Origin: Sulfurospirillaceae bacterium
GTDB taxonomy: Bacteria > Campylobacterota > Campylobacteria > Campylobacterales > Sulfurospirillaceae
Direction of reading: 5' to 3'
Length of the DNA stretch: 64,000 bases
Assembly: GCA_033723415.1 (NCBI GenBank)
Contig: JAWVXD010000001.1
Coordinates: 96,001-160,000 of the forward strand
The notes under the pieces are model-generated. The model saw nothing but the letters and a program-made list of their open reading frames with translations. It had not been told where the DNA came from and ran no database searches. The position numbers and the translations under genes are program-made. Shown in pieces: positions 52,835-63,180 of this stretch (the stretch's first letter is position 1; each line of letters begins with the position of its first letter).

Positions 52835-55800
52835 CACCAATTAAGCCTTTGGTTTGATCTTACTGATATGTTGGTATCAATTACATGACCAAGTTTTCCT
52901 TGTCCTGCCCAGTTGTTTGCTGCATTTTTAAATTCAACTATAAAATCATTTTCCGTAGCATTAGGATTTGCCTGATTATAGATTAACCAAGATTTTCCAT
53001 ACATCTGAATCTTATCTATATGTGGTGCTGCATGTGAAAGTGTTATAGTTTCTGTTCCATTATTTATTGTTCCTGAGCTACCAGGAGTAGAAGTGCCGCT
53101 TAATGCAGAAAATGAATTTGCTCCATTTGCACTTACATCGCCAAATGAGTTGTTTAAGTGCATTGGATTGAGGTACCAGTTTATTGAATCAACACTTTCA
53201 CTTCCATTTACGTCAAATGAAGATTTATTGCAGTCTTTACAGTAAACTTCATAGTATATCTTTGCATTTCCGGAGTTTCCATCAAACGTATAATCAGGTG
53301 CATGAACACGACCAAAGTAGAATGTGGTATTTTGATCCGTAGTTCGATCAAAATCATTGCCTGTTGTATTATTTGCATCTTGAATAGATATATTAAAGTC
53401 ATTTTTTGTAATTCTAAAAGGTTCATTTGGAAGAGATGCAGATCTTGCAAAGTTAAATCTGACCGCTAGATTAGGTGCAGTGCCATTTAAAAATTCGCTT
53501 TGTGTTGCGTTAAATTCTGCAGAACCAACCGTATTATTGCTGTCAAGAGAAGTATGAACGCCATCATCAAAATATCTTATCCTAGTTTTTGCATCAGGTA
53601 GTCCGTTGAGCCAATTTGTAGGATTATTGATAAGTGAAACAGTAAAATTGACATCTTGAGAGTAACAGTTTGCCGTATAATTAGTCGCAGTAGCATTAGT
53701 ATCTAATATAGCTGTTGTTTGTAAAATGATATTTGCACTCATATTGCCGTCATTGGAAAGATATGTAAAGTTTGAGTTATTAAAGTTTTGAACATTGACA
53801 GTATTGACAAAACTTTTTGGTAAAAATGTGAGTTGCTTGAGAGCAGAGACCATACATCCTACTTTTCCATTTGCATCTGGAGTAGAGCTGGAACTTCCGA
53901 CTACACAATCATCAAATGCTTTACCATCGGAAGCTCCTTGATCAGTTTTAGTCCAATTTTCGTCGTATAGTGTCAAGTTAACATCCCCTACGTTGTTAAA
54001 AACAAGAGGAGAATACGTTGATTGTCCCGCACTGCTAAATACGATGTTTGGCGTTAAACTGATATGATTTGCTGCAAGTCCGCATCCCGGTGGTATAGTC
54101 AAATCCAGAGAAGCATTGAGATCAGAAACATTGAGATCAGAAGCATTGGTTATCGTTTGATTATAATCTGCTGCCAGAGTGCCGCTTGCAGAGGTCGCAT
54201 TGATATCTAAAATATAATTTCTTCCGCCTATCAATGGATTTGTTGTATTTAAAGCAAGAGAGTATGATTTAGGACGTATAGAAAAATTATCTCTAGAGCA
54301 TACATATTTAGTTGTCCCATTTGCAGTATATGCGATTTTAAATGAGAGATTTCTTGATGCAAAAGCACTGTTGACAGACATATTTTTAGAACTAACATTG
54401 CTAAAAGTCAATGTCTGAGTTGTCCCTGCAATTGGCGTCGTAGCATCACATAATTGTTGTTTACAACTATCATGTGCACATAAGTTATAATCCGGCGTAT
54501 TGATCAAAGAAACATTGAGATCACCGGTGTAATTTTTTGTTGTGATTTTATCAGTATTTAATGCCAGTACTTTAACGTTAAATGTTTGTCCGACTATTTG
54601 AGTATTTAGGGCATTGAGTTGAACTCTATTGTCTAAAGGATCTGAAGTTCCGCTGAATTGGTCACTGACGACATTAAAAACTCCGGCAGGAGCGTATGCA
54701 GAAAATGCATTGTTAAAGTAGGAGCATTTCTTTGTCGGTACTCCATCGTAAGCAATGCCAAGTTGATCATTTCTATAGCTAAGTAGGTAAGTGTTTTCGC
54801 TGACATTTTGATCAGCTATGGTTGCATTATATTTGAATTTTGTTACATTACTAAAGTACAGAGTCCCTCCGACGGTGGATGTTGCTCCGGTGCCTAAAAA
54901 ATATTTTGAAGTATTAGTATCTGAAGAAAATGATGCATTGTCCCCATCAACGGCGTCCGTTCTGTTGGTATCATAATAATGTGTACCCGGGATCGGTGCG
55001 ATGTTCATACTTTCGGGAATATATGCGTATCCGGAGCCTTTGTCAAAAATTTTCTCTATGGATACCCCTTTTGCCGGTTCATAATCTTTGTTAGTGACAG
55101 TTACTTCAATAGTCACATTATCATCTAAATACGGCTTGTTGGTTGCACTTATAGGAGCACCTTTATACAAAACTTGTTCTTCGTAACAAACTGCCGGTTG
55201 ATATAATTCAGTTGAAAAGGCAAATACTCCTGGGAAATACTCGTCTGCAGACATGTTGTTTCCACTGCTACTGGTTAACGATATAGTGGTAGAAGTTTGA
55301 GAATTACCGATTATGGCGGGATTCCCCGTTGTTCCGACATCAAAAGTGCGTATATCGACACCAATCGTATTTTGGCAGCTAGGATTTCTATTTGTAATAT
55401 TGACTCCATTAATATCTTCAGAAGACCTGAATATATTGTCCCCAAGAGGTATCGGTGTCGGTGGTTGATTGTTGTTAGTCATTGTGACACTATCATATAG
55501 CGATATGTCCCCTTCACCAGCAAATACTAAAAATTTTGAATCAACAGCACCGAATGATGGCGTTAAAAAGCCTGACAACGTTGTTGATACAGTATTATTA
55601 TAGACATCTTGATAGCCATCAAAAACTGAAATATCTCTGAGTTTTGCAGAAGTATCCTTGTAAACGATCACCAACGCCCAAGCTCCAAAACCATTGTTGC
55701 TTACAGGAGAGTATACATTGGCGACCCATTGGGGTTCATTATATCCAGTACTGTCTATAGTAGCTGCGCCGACACTGTCTATACTGGCTTTTATTTGGCT

Positions 55801-57063
55801 CGTTACATCGGCAACGCCTTGATAATCACCATTGTGCCAGTTAAATTTTGAATTAATCGTCGTAAGGGTCTGATAGCTTGTCTGTCCGTATGGCTTGAAC
55901 TTGACGGTAGCTCCATTTATGACATTACTGTTTGAACCTGTTCTTCCTTGCCAATATAAAAGAGCGTATAAGATGTTTGCACTACCCACCTTTGGGGGAA
56001 GCACAAGATTTGCAGATGTTGAATTAAAAGTACTACTGTCTGCATCTAAATCGGCATCTACGATCGTCAGGTTGTTATTATTTGTATTGAGTGGGGCACA
56101 GACACCTCCGCTGTCTAGTTTGACAGAGTTACCGATAATCTGCATATCTCCGGTTATGTCATCTTTTTTATACAGGGCAAAGGGTCTTAAGTTATTCGTA
56201 CTGTAGTCGTTATTGGCTGGATTGTCATCATCCAATATAGTGATTTGTGCTGTACTTTTACTGATGCTCATCCCTCCTGTTGGATTTGAGAGCGTAATTG
56301 TAAAATATTCATTGTTTTCTATAGTTAGATCACCATTGACCTGTATAGGAATGTACTGAGTCGAAGTTGAGTTAAATGTTAAAGTACCAGATGTAGTGGC
56401 ATTGAAATCGCTGCCATTTGTAGCTGTTCCGTCTGTTATATTGTAATCTACACTATAAGTTCCACCAGTTGCATTTACCAATGTCACAGGTATATTTACC
56501 GTGTGATATCCATTGTTCCCTTCAGCAAAAGATACATCGGAGATTGTAAAAGAAGGGGCTACACTTTTGATATATATATTATCGATTAATACATTTTCCC
56601 CTCTTACCGTAGTATTTGGATTGATGGTCATAGCTAGATCGCCGTTTGCATCAGCTTGAGCAGTTATAGTCGGGAAATTATATGTTCCATTTACATAAGT
56701 TTGTGTAAACAGGCTACCATTTACTGTAACATTGAGGAAGTCTTGACTTTCACCTGAATTTTCCCATCCTCCATAAGGTGTTGCTTGTAGATCAACCGTA
56801 ACAGTCTGATTAGCATAAGCTATCCCAAGATGGTATATTTTTGAAGCTGTACGGTCTTTATCTATATTCATTTCTTGATTATAAGCACTGACGCCGTTCC
56901 CCGTCCAGTTATTTAAACCACTGGAGAAATCATCACTAGCTATAGTAGCTGCGAGTAGACTGTATGGGATAAAAAGTAAAAATAAGAAAATACGTAGAAA
57001 AAAGTTTAAATGAAAAATATGAGGCATAAGAACTTTTATTCTTGTGTTATTGTCTATAGTCAT
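52834..57063 (-). CDS. Large secreted adhesin with Calx-beta domain (MshQ/PilY1-analogous candidate)
   Basis: Signal peptide, Calx-beta-like ISDVS..EGN...DGTAT.GSDF...ITILDDD, Asn/Thr-rich beta domains, C-terminal FYFGR.HAP; first gene of the pilin operon. Confidence 0.75.
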   Translation of the reverse strand: MTIDNNTRIKVLMPHIFHLNFFLRIFLFLLFIPYSLLAATIASDDFSSGLNNWTGNGVSAYNQEMNIDKDRTASKIYHLGIAYANQTVTVDLQATPYGGWENSGESQDFLNVTVNGSLFTQTYVNGTYNFPTITAQADANGDLAMTINPNTTVRGENVLIDNIYIKSVAPSFTISDVSFAEGNNGYHTVNIPVTLVNATGGTYSVDYNITDGTATNGSDFNATTSGTLTFNSTSTQYIPIQVNGDLTIENNEYFTITLSNPTGGMSISKSTAQITILDDDNPANNDYSTNNLRPFALYKKDDITGDMQIIGNSVKLDSGGVCAPLNTNNNNLTIVDADLDADSSTFNSTSANLVLPPKVGSANILYALLYWQGRTGSNSNVINGATVKFKPYGQTSYQTLTTINSKFNWHNGDYQGVADVTSQIKASIDSVGAATIDSTGYNEPQWVANVYSPVSNNGFGAWALVIVYKDTSAKLRDISVFDGYQDVYNNTVSTTLSGFLTPSFGAVDSKFLVFAGEGDISLYDSVTMTNNNQPPTPIPLGDNIFRSSEDINGVNITNRNPSCQNTIGVDIRTFDVGTTGNPAIIGNSQTSTTISLTSSSGNNMSADEYFPGVFAFSTELYQPAVCYEEQVLYKGAPISATNKPYLDDNVTIEVTVTNKDYEPAKGVSIEKIFDKGSGYAYIPESMNIAPIPGTHYYDTNRTDAVDGDNASFSSDTNTSKYFLGTGATSTVGGTLYFSNVTKFKYNATIADQNVSENTYLLSYRNDQLGIAYDGVPTKKCSYFNNAFSAYAPAGVFNVVSDQFSGTSDPLDNRVQLNALNTQIVGQTFNVKVLALNTDKITTKNYTGDLNVSLINTPDYNLCAHDSCKQQLCDATTPIAGTTQTLTFSNVSSKNMSVNSAFASRNLSFKIAYTANGTTKYVCSRDNFSIRPKSYSLALNTTNPLIGGRNYILDINATSASGTLAADYNQTITNASDLNVSDLNASLDLTIPPGCGLAANHISLTPNIVFSSAGQSTYSPLVFNNVGDVNLTLYDENWTKTDQGASDGKAFDDCVVGSSSSTPDANGKVGCMVSALKQLTFLPKSFVNTVNVQNFNNSNFTYLSNDGNMSANIILQTTAILDTNATATNYTANCYSQDVNFTVSLINNPTNWLNGLPDAKTRIRYFDDGVHTSLDSNNTVGSAEFNATQSEFLNGTAPNLAVRFNFARSASLPNEPFRITKNDFNISIQDANNTTGNDFDRTTDQNTTFYFGRVHAPDYTFDGNSGNAKIYYEVYCKDCNKSSFDVNGSESVDSINWYLNPMHLNNSFGDVSANGANSFSALSGTSTPGSSGTINNGTETITLSHAAPHIDKIQMYGKSWLIYNQANPNATENDFIVEFKNAANNWAGQGKLGHVIDTNISVRSNQRLNW
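54109..54148. repeat. 15-bp tandem repeat (about 2.7 units) inside the adhesin
   Basis: AGAAGCATTGAGATC AGAAACATTGAGATC AGAAGCATTG, encoding NASDLNVSDLNAS. Confidence 0.8.
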
Positions 57064-57227
57064 GACATGCCTCCTTCCATATAGTATTATACTTTTAGTG
57101 TAGGCATTATTGAAGGTTACAATTATAAATATCTATTTTTTGCAACCCAACCACCCACCTTATTATTATAAAAACATAATAATGTTGCTTATTTATTCTA
57201 CAATGATAAAAGTAAAATTATACTTAA

Positions 57228-57605
57228 TTAAATATACTTAGAAATACTTTCAACTAAGCCAAAATCATTATATTTATTTACATCAAGTAAAACTTGTGCC
57301 ATAATTTTTTTGTCAAGATTGAAAATCAACGGTGCAATGAAATTAATAGTAGAGTCTTCTATCGGTTCTGTCGTAACCATTATGTTGAATATAGAAATAT
57401 TTGTCTCTTTATCTATCTCTAAAAGATTCTTAAAATACTCAGGCACTTCAAAATTATAATCTCTTAGCATAAACGGATTGATAAGAGTAAAAGTAGTTGT
57501 GCCATCAGGACTTTTTATTTTCATAAAAAAATCATCAATTTTTTCTAAATCAATCTTTTTAATTTTGTCAAATCCTAAAATCGGTGATATTATGTCAAAC
57601 GTCAT
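57228..57605 (-). CDS. fliW: Flagellar assembly factor FliW
   Basis: PILGF, FTLINPF.LRDY.F, STINFIAPLIFN, MAQV. Start reassigned to 57605. Confidence 0.9.
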   Translation of the reverse strand: MTFDIISPILGFDKIKKIDLEKIDDFFMKIKSPDGTTTFTLINPFMLRDYNFEVPEYFKNLLEIDKETNISIFNIMVTTEPIEDSTINFIAPLIFNLDKKIMAQVLLDVNKYNDFGLVESISKYI

Positions 57606-57798
57606 AAACTTCCTTCTGGTGTTTAGTAATTTTATTATATCAAAGCACAAATAATATATCGGTAAATATGAAAAAAATTCAACTTTTATTTTCTGATAAC
57701 TAAAAAAAAGATACAATACAAACTCATTAACTAACCTTGTAAAAAGTGAATAAAGACAATACAAGGTCGAGTTATTTAATCTATTAAGGAAAACATTG

Positions 57799-58443
57799 AT
57801 GAAAATCTATAAAGTTTTGTTGATCTCTATTTTTGTACTATTGGTAAGCGGCTGTTCTACGAAAGAAAAAGTTGCTATATATAACAAGCCTGCACTATAC
57901 TGGTATGACAAAATTATCAAAGAAGTACAAAATCAAGATCTAGAAAAAGCAGATGACTATTTTACATCTTTATCTAGTGAACACGTTGAATCACCTCTGC
58001 TTCCAACAAGTATGATGATGCTGGCACATGCTCATATGCAGGCGGAAGAGTATATTCTTGCCAACTTTTATTTGGATGAATATATTAAAAGATTCGGAGA
58101 TGCAAAAAACAGTGAATATGCAAGATTTTTGAAGATTAAAGCAAATTTTGACTCTTTTTCTCACCCAAATAGAAATCAACAGCTTTTGCTAGATACCATA
58201 GCCAATACAAAAGCATTTGTGATAAAATATCCAAATTCAGAGTTTAGGCCGATGGTTGAGACAATGCTGGTAAAATTACAATTGGCAAATCTTCAATTGA
58301 CTGAGCAGATAGCAAGTCTTTACAAACGACTTGATAAGCCAAAAGCCAGTAAAATCTATGAAAAGGAGATTAAAGATTCTTCATTGAAAAATGCGGACAT
58401 GATAAAACCTCATGTTTCATGGTTTAGATCCCTTTTTGAATAA
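57799..58443 (+). CDS. bamD: Outer membrane protein assembly factor BamD
   Basis: VSGC lipobox, YNKPALYWY, TPR-like repeats; upstream of lon. Confidence 0.82.
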   Translation: MKIYKVLLISIFVLLVSGCSTKEKVAIYNKPALYWYDKIIKEVQNQDLEKADDYFTSLSSEHVESPLLPTSMMMLAHAHMQAEEYILANFYLDEYIKRFGDAKNSEYARFLKIKANFDSFSHPNRNQQLLLDTIANTKAFVIKYPNSEFRPMVETMLVKLQLANLQLTEQIASLYKRLDKPKASKIYEKEIKDSSLKNADMIKPHVSWFRSLFE

Positions 58444-58480
58444 ATAACGATAGTTTCTAACATATAACCGAGGAGATATA

Positions 58481-60901
58481 ATGCAATTAAATAACTATAC
58501 ACAATTTCCTACGACTCTACCTATTTTAGTAGAGGATAACATTTTTTTATATCCTTTTATGATTTCTCCGATTTTTTTATCTGATGAAGAGAATATCGAA
58601 GCTGTAAATTCATCATTGGCAAATAATACTTTAATCATGGTTTGTCCTTCCAAATCCTCAGAAGAGGGAGGAAGAGATTTTGCTAGCATCTATGATGCAG
58701 GTGTTATAGGTTCTATCATGAGAAAAGTTGAACTTCCTGATGGAAGAGTGAAGGTGCTTTTCCAAGGAATGCAAAAAGGAAAGATAACGCAAGAGGTTGG
58801 AACAGATCCATTAAGAGCTATAGTGGATGTCATAAAATCCAATGAATCCAAATCTCAAACAAGCGAAGCAGGTCTTGTAATCTTAAAAGAAAAAGTACAG
58901 ACTTTAGCAAGGATAAGTAACTACTTTCCACCAGATTTTTTAAAGACCATCAACGATAATAATGAAGTGCATAGAGTTTGCGATCTTGTTGCAAGCAGTA
59001 TGAGGCTAAAAAAAGATCAGGCATATGAGCTTTTTATCATTGAAGATGACGAAGCAAAACTTCTGAAGCTTATGGAGTTTTTGATGGCAGAGATCGAAGC
59101 AAGCAAGCTTCAAAAAGAGATAAAAACAAAAACACACTCTCAAATAGATAAGATAAACAAAGAATACTTTCTAAAAGAACAATTAAAACAGATTCAAAAA
59201 GAATTAGGCACTGATAATCAAAGAGATGAAGAGATCGGAGAATATAGAAGAAAATTAGAGCTGAAAAAGAAATATATGGAAGAAGATGCATACAAAGAGA
59301 TATCAAAACAGATTGATAAACTATCACGTATGCATCCGGATTCTAGTGACGCTAGCATGATACAGAGTTATCTTGACTGGGTTATTGAGATCCCGTTTGA
59401 GAAACAAGCATCAAAGAAACTAGATATTTTAGATGTCAGATCACAGCTTGACAAAGATCATTACTCTTTGAAAAAGCCAAAAGATAGAATAGAGGAGTAT
59501 TTTGCAGTAAGAGAGCTTCTAGATAGAAGAGGTATAAAAGATAAAACTTCAAAGGGTGCCATACTCTGTTTTGCAGGACCTCCCGGTGTTGGGAAAACAT
59601 CACTTGCAAACTCAATTGCTACGGCATTAAAAAGAGAGTTGATTAGAGTAGCTCTTGGCGGGCTTGAAGATGTAAATGAGCTAAGAGGACACAGAAGAAC
59701 GTATATCGGAGCTATGCCTGGACGTATAATCCAAGGTATTATCGAAGCAAAACAGATGAATCCGGTTGTAGTTTTAGATGAGATCGATAAGGTAGCAAGA
59801 AGCTATAGAGGGGATCCTACGGCTGTTTTACTTGAGATTTTAGATCCTGAACAAAACAATAAATTTAGAGATTATTATCTCAATTTTAATGTAGATCTAA
59901 GTAAGGTTATTTTTATTGCAACGGCGAATGATGTGTCTTCTATCCCGGCACCTTTGCGTGACAGGATGGAATTTATATTTTTAAATTCATATACGCCTCA
60001 AGAAAAATATCAAATAGCTAGAAAATATCTTCTTCCTCAAGAATTGAAAAAACATGGATTGAAAAATAGTGAGATATCTATAGCAAAACCTACTTTAGAG
60101 ATGATTATTGCAAATTATACCAGAGAATCAGGTGTACGTAATCTAAGAAGAAGATTAGCTGAGATCTTGAGAAAATGTGCTAAGCAACTCTTATTGAACC
60201 CAAGTAACGAAAAGATTATTATAAATAACAAAAATATAAAAGATTATCTAGAAAAAACTGTTTTTGAAATCGAAGAAAAAGAGAAAGTTGATCTTATCGG
60301 ACAAGTCAATGGACTTGCATGGACAAGCGTAGGTGGAGATGTTCTGAAAATAGAAGCAATAAAAATACAAGGAAAAGGTGGGTTACAACTTACTGGTTCT
60401 CTTGGCGATGTCATGAAAGAATCAGCAAGGATTGCACAAAGTGTAATAAAAGTGCTTATTGACAATAATAAACTTGATATCCCCCTTAGTATTATTCCAA
60501 AATCGACATCTGACAAGGACGGCACGAAAGCTAAAGTAACTCCTAGTGATGTTTACAGAAGATATGACTTACACATACATGTACCTGAGGGAGCAACTCC
60601 AAAAGACGGTCCAAGTGCAGGTATAACGATGGCAACGGCTATTGCATCAATACTCTCAAATAAAAAAGTCAGAAGTGATGTGGCAATGACCGGTGAATTG
60701 ACACTTAGTGGGAAAGTGCTACCTATAGGCGGACTAAAAGAGAAGTTGATCGCTGCTTATAAAGCTAAGATAAAAACAGTTTTGATACCTAAGAAAAATT
60801 ATGAGAGAGATTTAGAAGATATACCTGAAGAAGTAAAATCAAAAATGGAATTTATCCCTGTAACTAGGGTAGAAGAAGTTTTAAAGCAAGCACTTATATA
60901 A
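58481..60901 (+). CDS. lon: Lon protease
   Basis: [38 protein letters not shown]. Confidence 0.97.
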   Translation: MQLNNYTQFPTTLPILVEDNIFLYPFMISPIFLSDEENIEAVNSSLANNTLIMVCPSKSSEEGGRDFASIYDAGVIGSIMRKVELPDGRVKVLFQGMQKGKITQEVGTDPLRAIVDVIKSNESKSQTSEAGLVILKEKVQTLARISNYFPPDFLKTINDNNEVHRVCDLVASSMRLKKDQAYELFIIEDDEAKLLKLMEFLMAEIEASKLQKEIKTKTHSQIDKINKEYFLKEQLKQIQKELGTDNQRDEEIGEYRRKLELKKKYMEEDAYKEISKQIDKLSRMHPDSSDASMIQSYLDWVIEIPFEKQASKKLDILDVRSQLDKDHYSLKKPKDRIEEYFAVRELLDRRGIKDKTSKGAILCFAGPPGVGKTSLANSIATALKRELIRVALGGLEDVNELRGHRRTYIGAMPGRIIQGIIEAKQMNPVVVLDEIDKVARSYRGDPTAVLLEILDPEQNNKFRDYYLNFNVDLSKVIFIATANDVSSIPAPLRDRMEFIFLNSYTPQEKYQIARKYLLPQELKKHGLKNSEISIAKPTLEMIIANYTRESGVRNLRRRLAEILRKCAKQLLLNPSNEKIIINNKNIKDYLEKTVFEIEEKEKVDLIGQVNGLAWTSVGGDVLKIEAIKIQGKGGLQLTGSLGDVMKESARIAQSVIKVLIDNNKLDIPLSIIPKSTSDKDGTKAKVTPSDVYRRYDLHIHVPEGATPKDGPSAGITMATAIASILSNKKVRSDVAMTGELTLSGKVLPIGGLKEKLIAAYKAKIKTVLIPKKNYERDLEDIPEEVKSKMEFIPVTRVEEVLKQALI

Positions 60902-60912
60902 AGTGCTTGCTT
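60884..60912. terminator. Bidirectional terminator between lon and rpsR
   Basis: AAGCAAGCACTT-ATATA-AAGTGCTTGCTT, a perfect 12-bp stem. Confidence 0.7.
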
Positions 60913-60918
60913 GTTAAA

Positions 60919-61185
60919 TTATTGAGTTAGTAGATCAAATGGAGTTGCAACAACTTTTTTAGTGTTTACAACATATGGGATCAACGCAGTAGCTCTTGCT
61001 CTTTTAATAGCTAGTTCTACCATCTCTTGATGTCTTTTGCAGTTGCCTGTTAATCTTCTAGGCATGATTTTATATCGCTCAGATAAAGAGTGTTTGAACA
61101 ATTTTGTATCTTTATAATCCATGAACTCTATCTTTGCTTCACAATATGTACAATATTTTCTTGCGTATTTTCTTTTTTCTGCCAT
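60919..61185 (-). CDS. rpsR: 30S ribosomal protein S18
   Basis: Cxx[23 protein letters not shown]. Confidence 0.96.
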   Translation of the reverse strand: MAEKRKYARKYCTYCEAKIEFMDYKDTKLFKHSLSERYKIMPRRLTGNCKRHQEMVELAIKRARATALIPYVVNTKKVVATPFDLLTQ

Positions 61186-61209
61186 TTTTTATCCTTTTTT
61201 CATCTTATA

Positions 61210-61674
61210 CTAAAATGGTATTTCATCTTCATCTATATCGATGACAGGTGTTTCATTACCATTGTGTTGGGGAGCAGTTTGTTTATAATTTTTTTGCTCA
61301 CTACTATAACTTTGTTGCTCAGGTTTATAGTCGCTGCCCTCGTTTGAGCCTTTAGAGTCTAACATTTGCATATTATCAACTACAACAGAGTGTTTACTTC
61401 TCTTATTGCCTGTTTGGTCAGTCCACTGGTCAAGTTTTAATCTACCCTCAACCATGATCTTTTTACCTCTGTTGAGATATTGATTTGCGATTTCAGCTGT
61501 TCTCCCAAAGAAAGTTATATCTATAAAACAGACTTCTTCACTCATGCTTCCGTCTTGTTTTTTAAATTTTCTGTTGGTTGCAATTCCTGTTGTACAAACA
61601 GCTCCACCACTTGGCATATATCTAAGTTCCGGATCTCTTGTTAAGTTTCCTAATAAAATTACTTTGTTAAACAT
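61210..61674 (-). CDS. ssb: Single-stranded DNA-binding protein
   Basis: NKVILLGNLTRDPELR, VEGRL and C-terminal EIPF. Confidence 0.96.
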   Translation of the reverse strand: MFNKVILLGNLTRDPELRYMPSGGAVCTTGIATNRKFKKQDGSMSEEVCFIDITFFGRTAEIANQYLNRGKKIMVEGRLKLDQWTDQTGNKRSKHSVVVDNMQMLDSKGSNEGSDYKPEQQSYSSEQKNYKQTAPQHNGNETPVIDIDEDEIPF

Positions 61675-61694
61675 GGTGCGACTCCTGTATATCT

Positions 61695-62108
61695 CTAGTC
61701 TTCGACAGTTTCTGTTGCTACACTTTCTTCTGCTTTTTCTTCGACTGTTTCTTCAGCTTTTTCTTCGACTATCTTTGGCGAATATTTTGCAACTTGTTTG
61801 TTCCAGAAGCTAAGTTCTTTTTGGTTCTCGAACTTAACGCTCATGTATCTGATGAATTCTTCAGTTATTCGTATAATTCTCTCTAGTTCGGCAATTGCAG
61901 ATGTAGGAGCTTTAAAATAAAATACACTGTAATATCCTCTATCATGCTTTTCGATAGGATATGCAAGTCTTCTTGTCTTCATATCTTGAATAGCAGCGAT
62001 TTCGGCACCGTTTTTTTCCAAAACTTCTTTAATGAAGTTAATCTTTGCCTTTGTCTCTTCTTCTGTAAGAGTAGGCTTAAGTACTGTTAGCAACTCATAA
62101 TGTCGCAT
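61695..62108 (-). CDS. rpsF: 30S ribosomal protein S6
   Basis: MRHYE, RRLAYPI.K..RG.Y, ELER. Confidence 0.96.
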   Translation of the reverse strand: MRHYELLTVLKPTLTEEETKAKINFIKEVLEKNGAEIAAIQDMKTRRLAYPIEKHDRGYYSVFYFKAPTSAIAELERIIRITEEFIRYMSVKFENQKELSFWNKQVAKYSPKIVEEKAEETVEEKAEESVATETVED

Positions 62109-62113
62109 TTTTT

Positions 62114-62147
62114 CTCCTTGTGGTTTTCACCCATTACTGAGTAAGGA
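62114..62147 (-). ncRNA. S6:S18 autoregulatory leader (S6S18CBM-like)
   Basis: mRNA reads UCCUU-ACUCA-GUAA-UGGGU-GAAAA-CCA-C-AAGGAG: anti-SD stem, inner hairpin and a CCR loop just before the SD. Confidence 0.7.
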
Positions 62148-62193
62148 TGGTATATTGCTTTGACTATAAAAATAGTTCAAGGGTGCGATTATA

Positions 62194-63180
62194 CTATAAG
62201 AAAGTTTGAAGTTTTATTAATGTTGATAGGAGAAGCGAGTTTTTATCTATATTTTGCATTTTTTTTAGTTTTAATTCATTTTCAAAAAGTAAGTCAAACA
62301 TACTTTTGTAAGCTTCTAGATTTATCATCATACTTAATTTTGATTTTTCATTTGCAATTTGAGGCGGAAGAGGGTATCCAAGTATTTCTTTTGGGTCAAA
62401 TCTGCCGTTGATCTTTATAAATGAGTGAAATAAAAACAGTTGGGTCAAGTTTGTCTCAATAGCATTAATAATGCGCACTTCATCGGCATTGCCAGATTCT
62501 AGAAGTTTGGTATATGTTTCTCGTATATCTTTCTTTTGTAGTAGTTCAGTTATAAATTTATCCATACTTATAGTGCCTACTCCATAAATAAGTCGGTCAA
62601 TATCTGCTATTTCTATATCTTTATCCAAAATACTGAGTTTGTTTAGATCATTTATACAAAGTGCTATGTCTTCATCTTCAAGCTGGAATAAATGTGAAAG
62701 AGCAAATTTACTTATTTTTATATTCATCTCTTTTGCTGCCATATCCAGCATAAACAAAGCTTCTCCCTGATTTGGGCGAAAAAATCTCACAAAACCTGCA
62801 TGCATCTTTGTTGTAAACGATTTCTCAAGGTTTTTAGCTTTTTTATCATCTCCGAAAAATTGATAAATTAAAAAATTTCCCTCATTCTTTAAACATAATC
62901 CTACTAAGACATCCAGCTCTTTTTTAGGAACTACGACATCTGTTTTTATGATCAAAATATTTCTGTCCCCAAAAAGTGAAGACTGAGAGAGGAAATTTTT
63001 TGCAGCTGCAATATTGTATTCATCATAATGAAGCAATAATTTTTCTTCAGGCTGTGCACCCAGCTTTTCTAAAGTTTTGGCTGCATTCTGGTTATTTTGA
63101 TATATACAACTACCGTAAAACAGTATTGATTTCGGTAATTGTCCTTTTTGTAAAATATTTTCAAATTCTCTTTTATACAT
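62194..63180 (-). CDS. holA: DNA polymerase III delta subunit
   Basis: MYKREF, LFYG, SSLFG, VRFF.P, ILGY..P; sits between rnr and rpsF. Confidence 0.85.
   Translation of the reverse strand: MYKREFENILQKGQLPKSILFYGSCIYQNNQNAAKTLEKLGAQPEEKLLLHYDEYNIAAAKNFLSQSSLFGDRNILIIKTDVVVPKKELDVLVGLCLKNEGNFLIYQFFGDDKKAKNLEKSFTTKMHAGFVRFFRPNQGEALFMLDMAAKEMNIKISKFALSHLFQLEDEDIALCINDLNKLSILDKDIEIADIDRLIYGVGTISMDKFITELLQKKDIRETYTKLLESGNADEVRIINAIETNLTQLFLFHSFIKINGRFDPKEILGYPLPPQIANEKSKLSMMINLEAYKSMFDLLFENELKLKKMQNIDKNSLLLSTLIKLQTFL

Noticed and set aside
57136..57162. Possible sigma-54 promoter (GG-N10-GC on the - strand) upstream of the adhesin
   Set aside because: The spacing fits, but the -24 box lacks the TGGCA(C) consensus, so it is too weak to call.
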